Of a stretch of DNA of 64,000 nucleotides, positions 29,017 to 37,115 are shown piece after piece. Each line of letters starts with the position of its first letter. Positions within the stretch are counted from its first letter, which is position 1. Source of the stretch: Bacteriovoracaceae bacterium (GTDB taxonomy: Bacteria; Bdellovibrionota; Bacteriovoracia; Bacteriovoracales; Bacteriovoracaceae); contig JBLWTJ010000001.1 in assembly GCA_048270185.1 (NCBI GenBank), positions 864,001 to 928,000 on the forward strand, given 5' to 3'. The position numbers were made by a program, and so were the translations under genes. The notes under the pieces are model-generated. The model did no database searches and was not told the origin of the DNA. It worked only from the letters and a program-made list of their open reading frames with translations.

Positions 29017-29370
29017 TTAGGAGAACATCGGAGGCTTTAAAGCCGGATCAAGAAATAGGGTTTTATAGTGGTGGTTGTAATACCAAAGGACTTTATTATT
29101 AATACCTGTAGGACTTTTTAGTGAAGCCTGACTCTGAGCTGGGGCAATATTATGTAAACCACTACAATGGTGAGAACAGTGCTCCGTGTGGTCGCCACAG
29201 TCATTCTCTTGGCAATCTGCACTTACAATCTCAGACGCAGTTGTAAAAGAGCCTACACTAGAAATTTCAGACTCAACACTTGAAGTAAGTTCATGAATAC
29301 CATTTGACTCAGCAAATGAGCTGAATAAAAATGAAATCAAAATGAATAGTGAAAAGAATCTTCCAATCAT
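29017..29370 (-). CDS. CzcI-like Cys/His-rich periplasmic protein
   Basis: Signal peptide; DCGDHTEHCSHHCSGLH; C-terminal LKPP; first gene of the czc-like operon. Confidence 0.55.
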   Translation of the reverse strand: MIGRFFSLFILISFLFSSFAESNGIHELTSSVESEISSVGSFTTASEIVSADCQENDCGDHTEHCSHHCSGLHNIAPAQSQASLKSPTGINNKVLWYYNHHYKTLFLDPALKPPMFS

Positions 29371-29452
29371 ATATACATAATTATCAACGTGTATCTTGTT
29401 TAGTCAAGTAATAATTTCACTGTAAATATATTAAGAAAATTCTCTGGTTACA

Positions 29453-29515
29453 GTTAGTCAAGCTTCCTCCTTCAAAGCCTTTCGGCATGGGTGAAAGGAG
29501 GAGAGCATGACTAAC
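29453..29515 (+). promoter_or_regulatory. 5' leader hairpin sequestering SD and AUG
   Basis: GTTAGTCAAGCTTCCTCCTTCA pairs with TGAAAGGAGGAGAGCATGACTAAC. Confidence 0.7.
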
Positions 29516-29665
29516 AAAGACAACAAAATTGAATTTGAGATTAATCTAAAATTTAAAATGAGGGATTACAGATTAAAGTTTGCAACTAAGAGAGCTTGGG
29601 TCGTTTCATTTATACTAATCATTCTAAAGATAATATTTAAAACCTACAACGACTCCTCACCATAG
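29507..29665 (+). CDS. 52-aa basic single-TM peptide (type I toxin-like)
   Basis: MTNKDNKIEFEINLKFKMRDYRLKFATKRAWVVSFILIILKIIFKTYNDSSP*; strong AAGGAGG SD. Confidence 0.55.
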   Translation: MTNKDNKIEFEINLKFKMRDYRLKFATKRAWVVSFILIILKIIFKTYNDSSP

Positions 29666-29668
29666 TTA

Positions 29669-30007
29669 TTAACTTCTAGCTGCCCACATAGTCTTAATCA
29701 CAGAATCTTCAACTAAATATGTAATTAAAAGCGATCTATTTTCGCCAGTAGATTTTTTAGTTTTTCTTTCGACTGTGGTTACATAATCACCAAGAGTAAT
29801 AACCTCTAATACTTCAACTTCCTCGAAGTCCTCAGTTCCAAAAGAAGATTTTAGATGACCCCTTAGAATGTCTTTACCTTTAAAAAGAGATTCATTATCT
29901 GGAAGGAGTAATACTTCAATCTGGTCGTCGCAATACGCAAGACACTTTTCAATGTCTTGATTGTTGTACTCCTCTATCTGTTTTAGGACTATTTCTTTAA
30001 CATTCAC
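29669..30007 (-). CDS. SnoaL/NTF2-like protein
   Basis: IVLKQIEEYNNQDIEK...GKDILR...LGDYV..E; GTG start lies inside the fpg-like repeat. Confidence 0.7.
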   Translation of the reverse strand: MNVKEIVLKQIEEYNNQDIEKCLAYCDDQIEVLLLPDNESLFKGKDILRGHLKSSFGTEDFEEVEVLEVITLGDYVTTVERKTKKSTGENRSLLITYLVEDSVIKTMWAARS

Positions 30008-30025
30008 TTTGCCGGAATTACCAGA
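30005..30025 (+). repeat. fpg/mutM-start-like direct repeat, right copy
   Basis: CACTTTGCCGGAATTACCAGA; frame reads (M)PELPELETIITQFQQHPAEIFPQTIHNN*. Confidence 0.7.
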
Positions 30026-30154
30026 ATTAGAAACTATTATAACCCAATTTCAACAACATCCAGCGGAAATATTTCCACAAACAATTCATAACAACTAGTA
30101 ATCACTTTAAAAACCGCATAGGTTTGACGAATTTTCGTCAAAAGGGAGTCCTTT

Positions 30155-31339
30155 ATGAAAAAGCAATATCGTAAATATAGCGATGAAATAAAAGAAATCA
30201 TTATACGAACGGGAAACCCAAATGCGTTTCCAGAATTGAATATACCAAGATCAACTGCGCTATATTGGATTCGTCATTCAAAGAAGAAAGTTTCTATCGG
30301 AGACAGACGAATAAACTCAGCTAATAAAAATGAGGTCGAATATTTGAAAAACAAGCTCGAGAAAGAAAGGGCAAAAGTATGCTTTTTGAAAGAAGTAAAT
30401 ACTCTCCTATCAGATGAAGTCTCTATAAAGAAATCAAAGAAAATATGCGCTGTCATAAGCAAGTACAGTCAATACCATTCAGCTACTATTCTTTGCCATT
30501 TAGCAAAGATCGATCACTCAAAATACATGCGATATAAGTTTAATACATCAACAAACCGCTCACTCTATTTACGAAGATCGAAACTTTCAAGCAAAGAACT
30601 GCGAATAATAGAAAGACTGTCAAAATCAAAAAGTCTTTCTCACCTTCCTGCAAAACGTCTTCAACTTTATGCCTACAGAAAAGGATTACTTTACTGTAGC
30701 TACGGAACCTGGAGAAAGTATATTAAAATATTTAGCGAAAGAAGAAATAAGAAGAAATATAATAAAAGTAAAAATAGAATAGGACTTAGAGCAACACGTC
30801 CAAATGATATTTGGCATATCGACATAACTGAATTTAAGTCAAAACCACATGGGAAAATTTATCTTCAGTCAGTAATTGATAACTATTCTCGAAAAATAGT
30901 GTCCTGGAGAATAAGTCATACAAAGGACAAAAGTGTAACTCTTAAAACTTTAAAATGCGTTCTGAAAGTAGAAACTCCTAAAATGATTGTTTTTGATGGT
31001 GGAAAAGAAAACACGGCCATAGACGTGAGCAATTTGCTACAAATGAAAAATATTAAAAAATTCATTTGTAAGAAAGACATTCGGTTTTCAAACTCCATGG
31101 TCGAATCCTTCTTTAATATTCTAAAGTCTAATTATGTGAACAAGTATCGGTGCTATAACTTTGTGGAACTCTACAAAACAATTAAAGAAGCGATAAGAAA
31201 ATATCACCTAGCCCCCATTCCATGTCATCATGGTGCAAATGCTCTAGAAATTTATAACAGAAATATAAATACACTATTTCTAAAAGAAGATCTGAGATAT
31301 AAAATTATGACAAGCTCTCTGGACCGTTATCAAAAATGA
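30155..31339 (+). mobile_element. DDE (rve) transposase/integrase, IS3/IS481-like
   Basis: PNDIWHIDIT, VIDNYSRKIVSW, FDGGKEN, NSMVESFF catalytic motifs; upstream palindrome TTTGACGAA-TT-TTCGTCAAA (30123-30142). Confidence 0.85.
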
Positions 31340-31657
31340 AAAAACAAGTACAAACCTATCCTCACCCTTGATGAAGCTAGAACACTTCTTTATCAAACAG
31401 AGAGAACAAACTTCCCATACCGTATAGGAATTGAAAAGCACATCACTTTTCACACTCTAAGGGCTTGCTTTGCGACTCACGTATTGGCCTCAGGAGCTGA
31501 ACCGACTCAGGTTATGAAAATGGGAGGCTGGTCAGATTTTAAAACCTTTCAAATCTACGTCCGTATGGCGGGGGTTGATGTGAAGGGAGTGACAGACGAC
31601 TTTAGGGTGACTCCTAACCTTGGTTCACTTGATAATGTCATTAGACTTAAAAAATAA
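31340..31657 (+). pseudogene. Tyrosine recombinase/integrase remnant
   Basis: Frame with no 5' start codon: ILTLDEARTLL...ITFHTLRACFATH...VMKMGGWSDFKTFQIY; has HxxR, W and Tyr but lacks the first Arg/Lys segment and the N-terminal domains. Confidence 0.85.
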
Positions 31658-31661
31658 GCTT

Positions 31662-31686
31662 AATGAGGGAGAATATCTCCCTCATT
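31662..31686 (+). terminator. Intrinsic terminator
   Basis: AATGAGGGAGA-ATA-TCTCCCTCATT. Confidence 0.7.
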
Positions 31687-31740
31687 TTAGCTATTTACGC
31701 GTCTGTATGGCATAATAACATATTAGAATTATTAGCACAG

Positions 31741-31769
31741 TTGAAAAAGTATCACATTTGTGATACTTT
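31741..31769 (+). promoter_or_regulatory. Sigma70 promoter with palindromic operator
   Basis: TTGAAA-17-TACTTT overlapped by AAAGTATCACA-TT-TGTGATACTTT. Confidence 0.7.
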
Positions 31770-31784
31770 AGTGTCAGGAGGCTT

Positions 31785-32144
31785 ATGAATGCCTTAGAAA
31801 ATGAAGTTGATGGAGAGCTATTTTTAGAGAAGCTCATTATTGTTTACGAAAAAGGTGAACTAGATTTTTGGGAGGAGCGAAATAATCCTCCAAACTTATC
31901 TAAAGATGACTTTGATATTGTTCTCTATAAAATAGGACAAGTAGATAATTTGAAGTGGCCAGTAAGAAAAAGTCAAAATGGGCCACATGGAAAAACAGGT
32001 GAAGACCATTGTTTTCAATTTAATTGTACTGTTGAATTTGGTGGAATTTTTGGAAGCACAATCAAAACCTACTATATAAAAGGTTACTATTTTGACAAAG
32101 GAAATCTGAAGGGAGTTACAATTCAAAGCTTCAGAGAGGTATAA
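31785..32144 (+). CDS. Putative MqsR/RelE-fold toxin
   Basis: 119 aa; C-terminal YYIKGYY...VTIQSFRE resembles the MqsR-like YIK...I.SF(H/K) end. Confidence 0.45.
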   Translation: MNALENEVDGELFLEKLIIVYEKGELDFWEERNNPPNLSKDDFDIVLYKIGQVDNLKWPVRKSQNGPHGKTGEDHCFQFNCTVEFGGIFGSTIKTYYIKGYYFDKGNLKGVTIQSFREV

Positions 32145-32145
32145 A

Positions 32146-32709
32146 ATGGAAACAGTAGAAAGAGAATTTTTAGGACAAACATTTTCATATAAGACAGAAG
32201 TTGATTCTGACGGCAAGGCTCTTTGGACAAAAGAGATCGATCACGATTTCTCTAAGTGGATCTACCATTTAAGAGATGAAAATAGAGAACTTTTTAAAGT
32301 TCAATATTCCCTATCATCAAATAGCTATGATGTTCTTGAAAAACTCAAAGAACTAATCGGTGTATATGATGATAGCCTACTCGTTCGCGCTATTACGATT
32401 ACATTTATAAATTTCATTGATACAAGAAACGGTCGCCCTATTCTAAAACGCTTAGGACAATATAAAGAATCAGGTGATTTAGAAATGTTAATGGCAGGCG
32501 AAAGAATCAAGAAGAGTCTTTATTTCTCACCTGTTGGAATGAGAGATGTCGTAGCATATTCAAACCTTACAGGCTTTAAAAGATCGAAAGTTATTCAGAA
32601 TGCACTATACTCAGTTCTTCTTATCTCAATTAATGAAGATGAAGAAATTAAGAAATTTTGGGAAGACTTAATCTTAGAGCAGATCACGACGATTGCTAAG
32701 GCTGCTTAA
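32146..32709 (+). CDS. Putative antitoxin with tandem RHH-like units
   Basis: KVQYSLSSNSYDVLEKLKELIG..DSLLVRAI and KKSLYFSPVGMRDVVAYSNLTG..RSKVIQNAL; C-terminal AKAA. Confidence 0.45.
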   Translation: METVEREFLGQTFSYKTEVDSDGKALWTKEIDHDFSKWIYHLRDENRELFKVQYSLSSNSYDVLEKLKELIGVYDDSLLVRAITITFINFIDTRNGRPILKRLGQYKESGDLEMLMAGERIKKSLYFSPVGMRDVVAYSNLTGFKRSKVIQNALYSVLLISINEDEEIKKFWEDLILEQITTIAKAA

Positions 32710-33668
32710 TGAGTATTGTTAGAGGTAAAAGACTAATAGGCTTTCTAGACATCCTCGGTTTCTCGAAACGTATAGAAGATGAAAATATAGAAGACCTCTA
32801 CAAACTCTTTAAAGCCCTCATAAATGAGGCTGACTCAAAAGTTTTTAACACACAAGGAGTTACCCCTAACGGTCAGATCAAAGATAATAAAAATTTCTTT
32901 CTATCAGAGTTCATGTCTGATTCAATAGTACTAGTTTCAAATGAGCTTGTAGGCCCAAATGATACCGTTAAGTTTATATTTGGTTGTATTCACTTAATGG
33001 AGATTGCATTCTCTTTGAATTTTCCACTTAGAGGAACGATTGGATACGGTGATGTCTTACTAGATCTAGATAATAAAATAATGTTAAGTAAGCAATTTCC
33101 TCCTCTCGTAAAATGTGAAACGATACAAGATTGGAGTGGATGTTTCTTGTTTGATTCAGAGACTGAAGAAATCGTTTTAAAAGCGATCTATGGAGACAAC
33201 TGGAAAGCCCCACAGACAAAAAGATCATCTCCACTAATTCCATACAATGTACCTGTTAAAGTAAAGAATGATTTATTCAATAAGCCAAAACTGTGTTTAA
33301 ACTGGGTTCATTTAATAGGCCAAGATGATCTAAACACAGGATTAGAGTTCCTTAAGGGTACCAAAAAAGTTGAAACGCAAAAATTTATCGATATAGTGAG
33401 CAGTCTTATTGATGACTCATCTCCATTAGGACCAGAGCATCATCCAGCCATCTTAATGAGAACAATGATGTCGAGAGTTCAAATGCGTAGTTCTTTTCAG
33501 GATACAAATGGAAATCAAGCTGACCCAGGTGCAGATGTAGAGCTAGTATTTCAGCAGCCGGGAGATACCACTCAACACAAAATGATCCTCTATAAGCATA
33601 TACCGGGTCAAAAATTAAGATTTAAGTCTTGGTCTGAAAAGTTTTTGAAAAGCCAAAAGATACAATGA
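32709..33668 (+). CDS. Class III nucleotidyl cyclase-like protein
   Basis: GFLDILGFS, FMSDSIVL, PLRGTIGYGD; start overlaps previous stop (TAATG). Confidence 0.65.
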   Translation: MSIVRGKRLIGFLDILGFSKRIEDENIEDLYKLFKALINEADSKVFNTQGVTPNGQIKDNKNFFLSEFMSDSIVLVSNELVGPNDTVKFIFGCIHLMEIAFSLNFPLRGTIGYGDVLLDLDNKIMLSKQFPPLVKCETIQDWSGCFLFDSETEEIVLKAIYGDNWKAPQTKRSSPLIPYNVPVKVKNDLFNKPKLCLNWVHLIGQDDLNTGLEFLKGTKKVETQKFIDIVSSLIDDSSPLGPEHHPAILMRTMMSRVQMRSSFQDTNGNQADPGADVELVFQQPGDTTQHKMILYKHIPGQKLRFKSWSEKFLKSQKIQ

Positions 33669-33695
33669 ATATTAAAAATACATTAGGAAGTAATT

Positions 33696-34424
33696 GTGCA
33701 TTGGAACACTAATTATATAAAGCAGAGATGTAACCAACTATACGTTAATCAACACTTTTCAAACTATGATACAACACTGTATCACTACACAAGTAAAAAC
33801 TCTGGTGAAAATATAATTAAGTCGAAAGAATTATGGTTAACAAAATACAACTTATCTAACGATAACCAAGAATTCAAGCATGGGCTTCAAATAATAAAGA
33901 CACAATTGAAAGAGATTATAGATAAAGATGAAAAGACAAAAGTAATATTTGAAAAACTCATTCCATTCCTTGAGGAAGAAAGTAAATCACCAAAAACACA
34001 CTTCTATATGATTTGTTTCTGTAGCACATCAAGAAATGAATACCTTAAACGAAACTACGCAAATGGCAAGAAAGGTCTTTGTCTAAATATAAAATTAGCA
34101 AGCGAAGACTTTAACAATCAGAAACCAATTTTATATAAAACAATTTACTCTATAAATAAATTTAAAAGAATACTAACTAAACTGCTCTATAACTATAGAA
34201 ATATGATAATATCTCATTTTGAAGAGTGGTCTAAATTACAAATCTATGATCAAGTAAATTCTGAATTTTTTGTTCTACTCATTAGAGATTTATTCATTCA
34301 TGCTTCAAGGTTGAAAAGACATAAATTTTCTGCTGAAAAAGAAATCAGACTTCTTGCATGGGGAGATATGCAAGATGAGAAATATATAATGAAGTTTGAA
34401 CATACATTGATTAAAAAAGCTTAA
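33696..34424 (+). CDS. DUF2971 domain protein (ART-like)
   Basis: LYHYTS...IIKSKELWLT....ND.QE, ICFC, YA...GLCL, K...F..EKEIR. Confidence 0.75.
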   Translation: MHWNTNYIKQRCNQLYVNQHFSNYDTTLYHYTSKNSGENIIKSKELWLTKYNLSNDNQEFKHGLQIIKTQLKEIIDKDEKTKVIFEKLIPFLEEESKSPKTHFYMICFCSTSRNEYLKRNYANGKKGLCLNIKLASEDFNNQKPILYKTIYSINKFKRILTKLLYNYRNMIISHFEEWSKLQIYDQVNSEFFVLLIRDLFIHASRLKRHKFSAEKEIRLLAWGDMQDEKYIMKFEHTLIKKA

Positions 34425-34513
34425 TTCTTCTCAACATGACCGGACGTGACTCACGTTCGCTCTGTTGTTAACGATCCTTACTTAACTTGTTGGATTAACT
34501 TGAACCAAGATAA

Positions 34514-34536
34514 GTCCACCATTTTTCTTTCTTACA
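34514..34536 (+). repeat. att core copy 2
   Basis: Identical to 13263-13285. Confidence 0.9.
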
Positions 34537-34711
34537 AGGTCCGTACCGGAGACATGGTTTACACTTTTCCCATGCCAAATGGATCCGTTATTGCTTCCAC
34601 CTTTCTACTCTTATCGTCAAAATATCCCAAATCATAATCTAAAAAACTAACTGCCCAAATTCCATCCTCCATTTCTTTAATTCCTACCTCTACTCCAGCA
34701 AATGAAAACAA
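34537..34711 (-). pseudogene. IS481-family transposase C-terminal fragment with terminal sequence
   Basis: 34711-34559 reads LFSFAGVEVGIKEMEDGIWAVSFLDYDLGYFDDKSRKVEAITDPFGMGKV*, overlapping GTGTAAACCATGTCTCCGGTACGGACC. Confidence 0.75.
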
Positions 34712-34761
34712 TATATAGAGTTTAATTATGACATTCTGACATTTTCTATAGAAAATACAGA

Positions 34762-34796
34762 AACTAAAAGGCCCTGTTTAACAGGGCCTTTTAGTT
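34762..34796. terminator. Intrinsic terminator
   Basis: AACTAAAAGGCCCTGTT-T-AACAGGGCCTTTTAGTT. Confidence 0.8.
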
Positions 34797-34801
34797 AGAT
34801 T

Positions 34802-35221
34802 TTATTTTGTTGTAAGACAGTCAAACTTCTTTTGTGAAACTAGCTCATTATCTCTAAGTGTTGTAATGACAATTTTTAACCCATCCTCAAGCTTCACGTA
34901 ATCTCTAATAATTTCAATAGCATTCTTATTTTGATACTTACCAGCAAAAACTTCTGTTAGAGTATCCTGTGAGCAGCTCCCCATCGTGTATGCATTCACG
35001 TAATGTCTAGTCGTAAACTCTAACTCTCTTTTAAGTCCATCAGTAAAAACACGATCAGTATAAAATGAGAAGTGGACATCAAATGCATGAGCACCATCAA
35101 CTTCAACTTCTTCAAAGTTCACATTAAAGTCGGCATAGTTATTTTCACAAAGATATTGTGAGTCAAATTGAGGACATGCAAATACTGCAGTACTCATCAA
35201 CAGAATTAGAATAGCTTTCAT
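34802..35221 (-). CDS. Secreted hypothetical protein
   Basis: Signal peptide, ACPQF..QYLC start. Confidence 0.7.
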   Translation of the reverse strand: MKAILILLMSTAVFACPQFDSQYLCENNYADFNVNFEEVEVDGAHAFDVHFSFYTDRVFTDGLKRELEFTTRHYVNAYTMGSCSQDTLTEVFAGKYQNKNAIEIIRDYVKLEDGLKIVITTLRDNELVSQKKFDCLTTK

Positions 35222-35466
35222 TTTTCCCCCTAAGAAAATTACTCAACTATTATGAGCAATCAAATATCATAGGTCAAATAGTGAAAACTTAGCAATGCGT
35301 TACGATAAATCAACAATTTATATAAGGAAGAAGTAAAAGAGTATCGACGTACCCTTTAACCATTACCGGAAGTACTCGGTAGCTTACGAGTGTAATAAGT
35401 TCATATTCATATAAACCGTTTGCATGTGCGTACGCAATCGTGTACCCTGTACTTACGGAGGTTAAT

Positions 35467-35778
35467 ATGACCGAAAATACAAACTCAAGAAATTTTAGAA
35501 CAAAACTAAGTGAGTTTTTTGATAAAGCACGTAAGTCACCAATCGCAATCACAAGAGGAAATGATCGCTATATTCTTGTTAGCGAAGAAGAGTATCTTTC
35601 TCTTAAAGACGAAGTGATGTCATTGCAAAAAAACCTAATCTCAATGATGCAAGTAAATGAAGGAAACTCAAAAACTTTCAATAATGCTGAAGAGAGTATC
35701 GACTCTTTATTTGATGAAATCAAAGAAGAGAAATACAATGATGGGGTTAAAGATAAAAAGAAATATGCTGTAGGATAA
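35467..35778 (+). CDS. Phd/YefM family antitoxin
   Basis: NSRNFRTKLSEFFDKARKSPIAITR...YILVSEEEY; ATG after GGAGG. Confidence 0.85.
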   Translation: MTENTNSRNFRTKLSEFFDKARKSPIAITRGNDRYILVSEEEYLSLKDEVMSLQKNLISMMQVNEGNSKTFNNAEESIDSLFDEIKEEKYNDGVKDKKKYAVG

Positions 35779-35782
35779 AGAC

Positions 35783-36193
35783 TTGCCAATACAAATTGTA
35801 CGAACTGATAACTTCAAGGACGATATTTAAGAATTACTAGCTTTTGTTTTTCAAAGGGCACTTGATAATTCAGAACCACCTCAAGAAGCAGAAGACAAGT
35901 TTCGTGACAATCTACAGACAGAGCTGAGAAAGAAAGTTTCACAAATACATGGACTGCCTTTTTCTTATGAGGCATATGACAAGAAAAAGAATCCTGTTAG
36001 AAAATGTCCTCTGATGAATGGTGATCTTGTCCTTGAATATCTAATTGGCCCAACAACGGCCGAAGAAAGAACCCAAGTAAAATCAATCTATCTAACAGCT
36101 ATACTTCCAACTCGATCAGGAAAGTATGCTGGCGCATATAATACAATACCTACAGTAAGTATCGACGATCTTATTGAAGAGTATAATATTTAA
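35783..36193 (+). pseudogene. RelE/ParE-like toxin with premature stop
   Basis: LPIQIVRTDNFKDDI*(TAA 35828-35830)ELLAFVFQR...IHGLPFSYEAY...VRKCPL...LVLEYLI...IYLTAILPTRS. Confidence 0.65.
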
Positions 36194-36579
36194 AAGTCTC
36201 TCTAAATCTTCTCAAGTCTCTGTGGTTGGCTTGAACTAACTAAAATAATTTGTAAGTTATAGGGATTATTCGATTCACGGATAATCCACCATTTTTCGTA
36301 AGGCTTTTTTGAAAGGCCTTTTTTTACGCCCAAAATCTTAAAAGACATCGTTAACAACATTCTAAACACTTATGAATTCAATTACTTGGTATCTGGTGTT
36401 TGATCTCTTCTTCCGTTGTTCCAAATCTGGCTACGCCGATTAGCCTCCCTTTCATGCACTGTCACAAAATTAGCCTTTGGTTTGTAACCATCTAAATTCC
36501 TTGAGCAATTTCACTGGCGTCCCGCTGGCCAGCTAGGCTAATCCAGCAAATCGCCTTAACAACTTTAAGGAGAACTGAA

Positions 36580-36759
36580 ATGACAAAACCTAAATCAAAG
36601 CAAAACGCAAAGAAAGCAATTACTTCCGATCACCTCGCCCTTAGAGAGTTGAGGCTTGAGTGTGGCATGACGCTTAAAGAAGCTGGTGCAAAGTATGGCC
36701 TATCGGTAGTACTCGGTAGACAGTGGAAGACTTTAATTTATGCATTACGAGAATGTTAA
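36580..36759 (+). pseudogene. Truncated XRE-family HTH protein
   Basis: AAGGAG SD; LALRELRLECGMTLKEAGAKYGLS, then similarity is lost. Confidence 0.55.
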
Positions 36760-36905
36760 GTTAGCATTTTGGCATGCGGGCTACTTTGCCTTTGCTGTTT
36801 GTTCATTCTTCTTATATAAATTTATAAAGTTCACAAAAGATTATAAGAATGGAATTGCTGCACTAGAGAATAGTCCAAACCATGTACTTGCGGCATAATA
36901 AAAAC

Positions 36906-37115
36906 ATGTCGAGAAACAAGAATAAGAAAAAGAATAAAGAAGTAAAACACCAATATCGCATCCTACATGATGAGGCCGTCAGAAATGGTGAAGATTACTA
37001 TCGCGATCCAGTTACTGGTGGTCTTGTCTCAACTGAACCTCGTCTAAAAAGAATGAGAAAGTGCTGTAAAGATGGCTGCCGCCACTGCCCTTGGGGATTC
37101 AAAAAAAGAAACTAG
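36906..37115 (+). CDS. DUF5522-like Cys-rich small protein
   Basis: DYYRDPVTGGLV.T...KCCKDGCRHCPWG. Confidence 0.75.
   Translation: MSRNKNKKKNKEVKHQYRILHDEAVRNGEDYYRDPVTGGLVSTEPRLKRMRKCCKDGCRHCPWGFKKRN

Larger units (their letters stand above)
13263..34536. mobile_element. Genomic island integrated at the tRNA-Ala 3' end (about 21.3 kb)
   Basis: Perfect 23-bp direct repeat GTCCACCATTTTTCTTTCTTACA at 13263-13285 and 34514-34536; integrase remnant, transposase, TA and metal-resistance cargo. Confidence 0.85.
34537..36297. mobile_element. Second, degraded tRNA-Ala island segment
   Basis: Ends at degenerate tRNA 3' copy TTCGAT-N10-TCCACCATTTTTC (36269-36297), same spacing as the tRNA; arm-like repeat at 36192-36231. 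Confidence 0.6.

Noticed and set aside
32709..33668. Calling the cyclase-like gene Pycsar PycC or a CBASS CD-NTase
   Set aside because: No adjacent TIR/TM cNMP-binding effector and no CD-NTase motif
34446..34637. 63-aa plus-strand ORF
   Set aside because: Spans the att repeat and is antisense to the IS481 fragment; likely spurious
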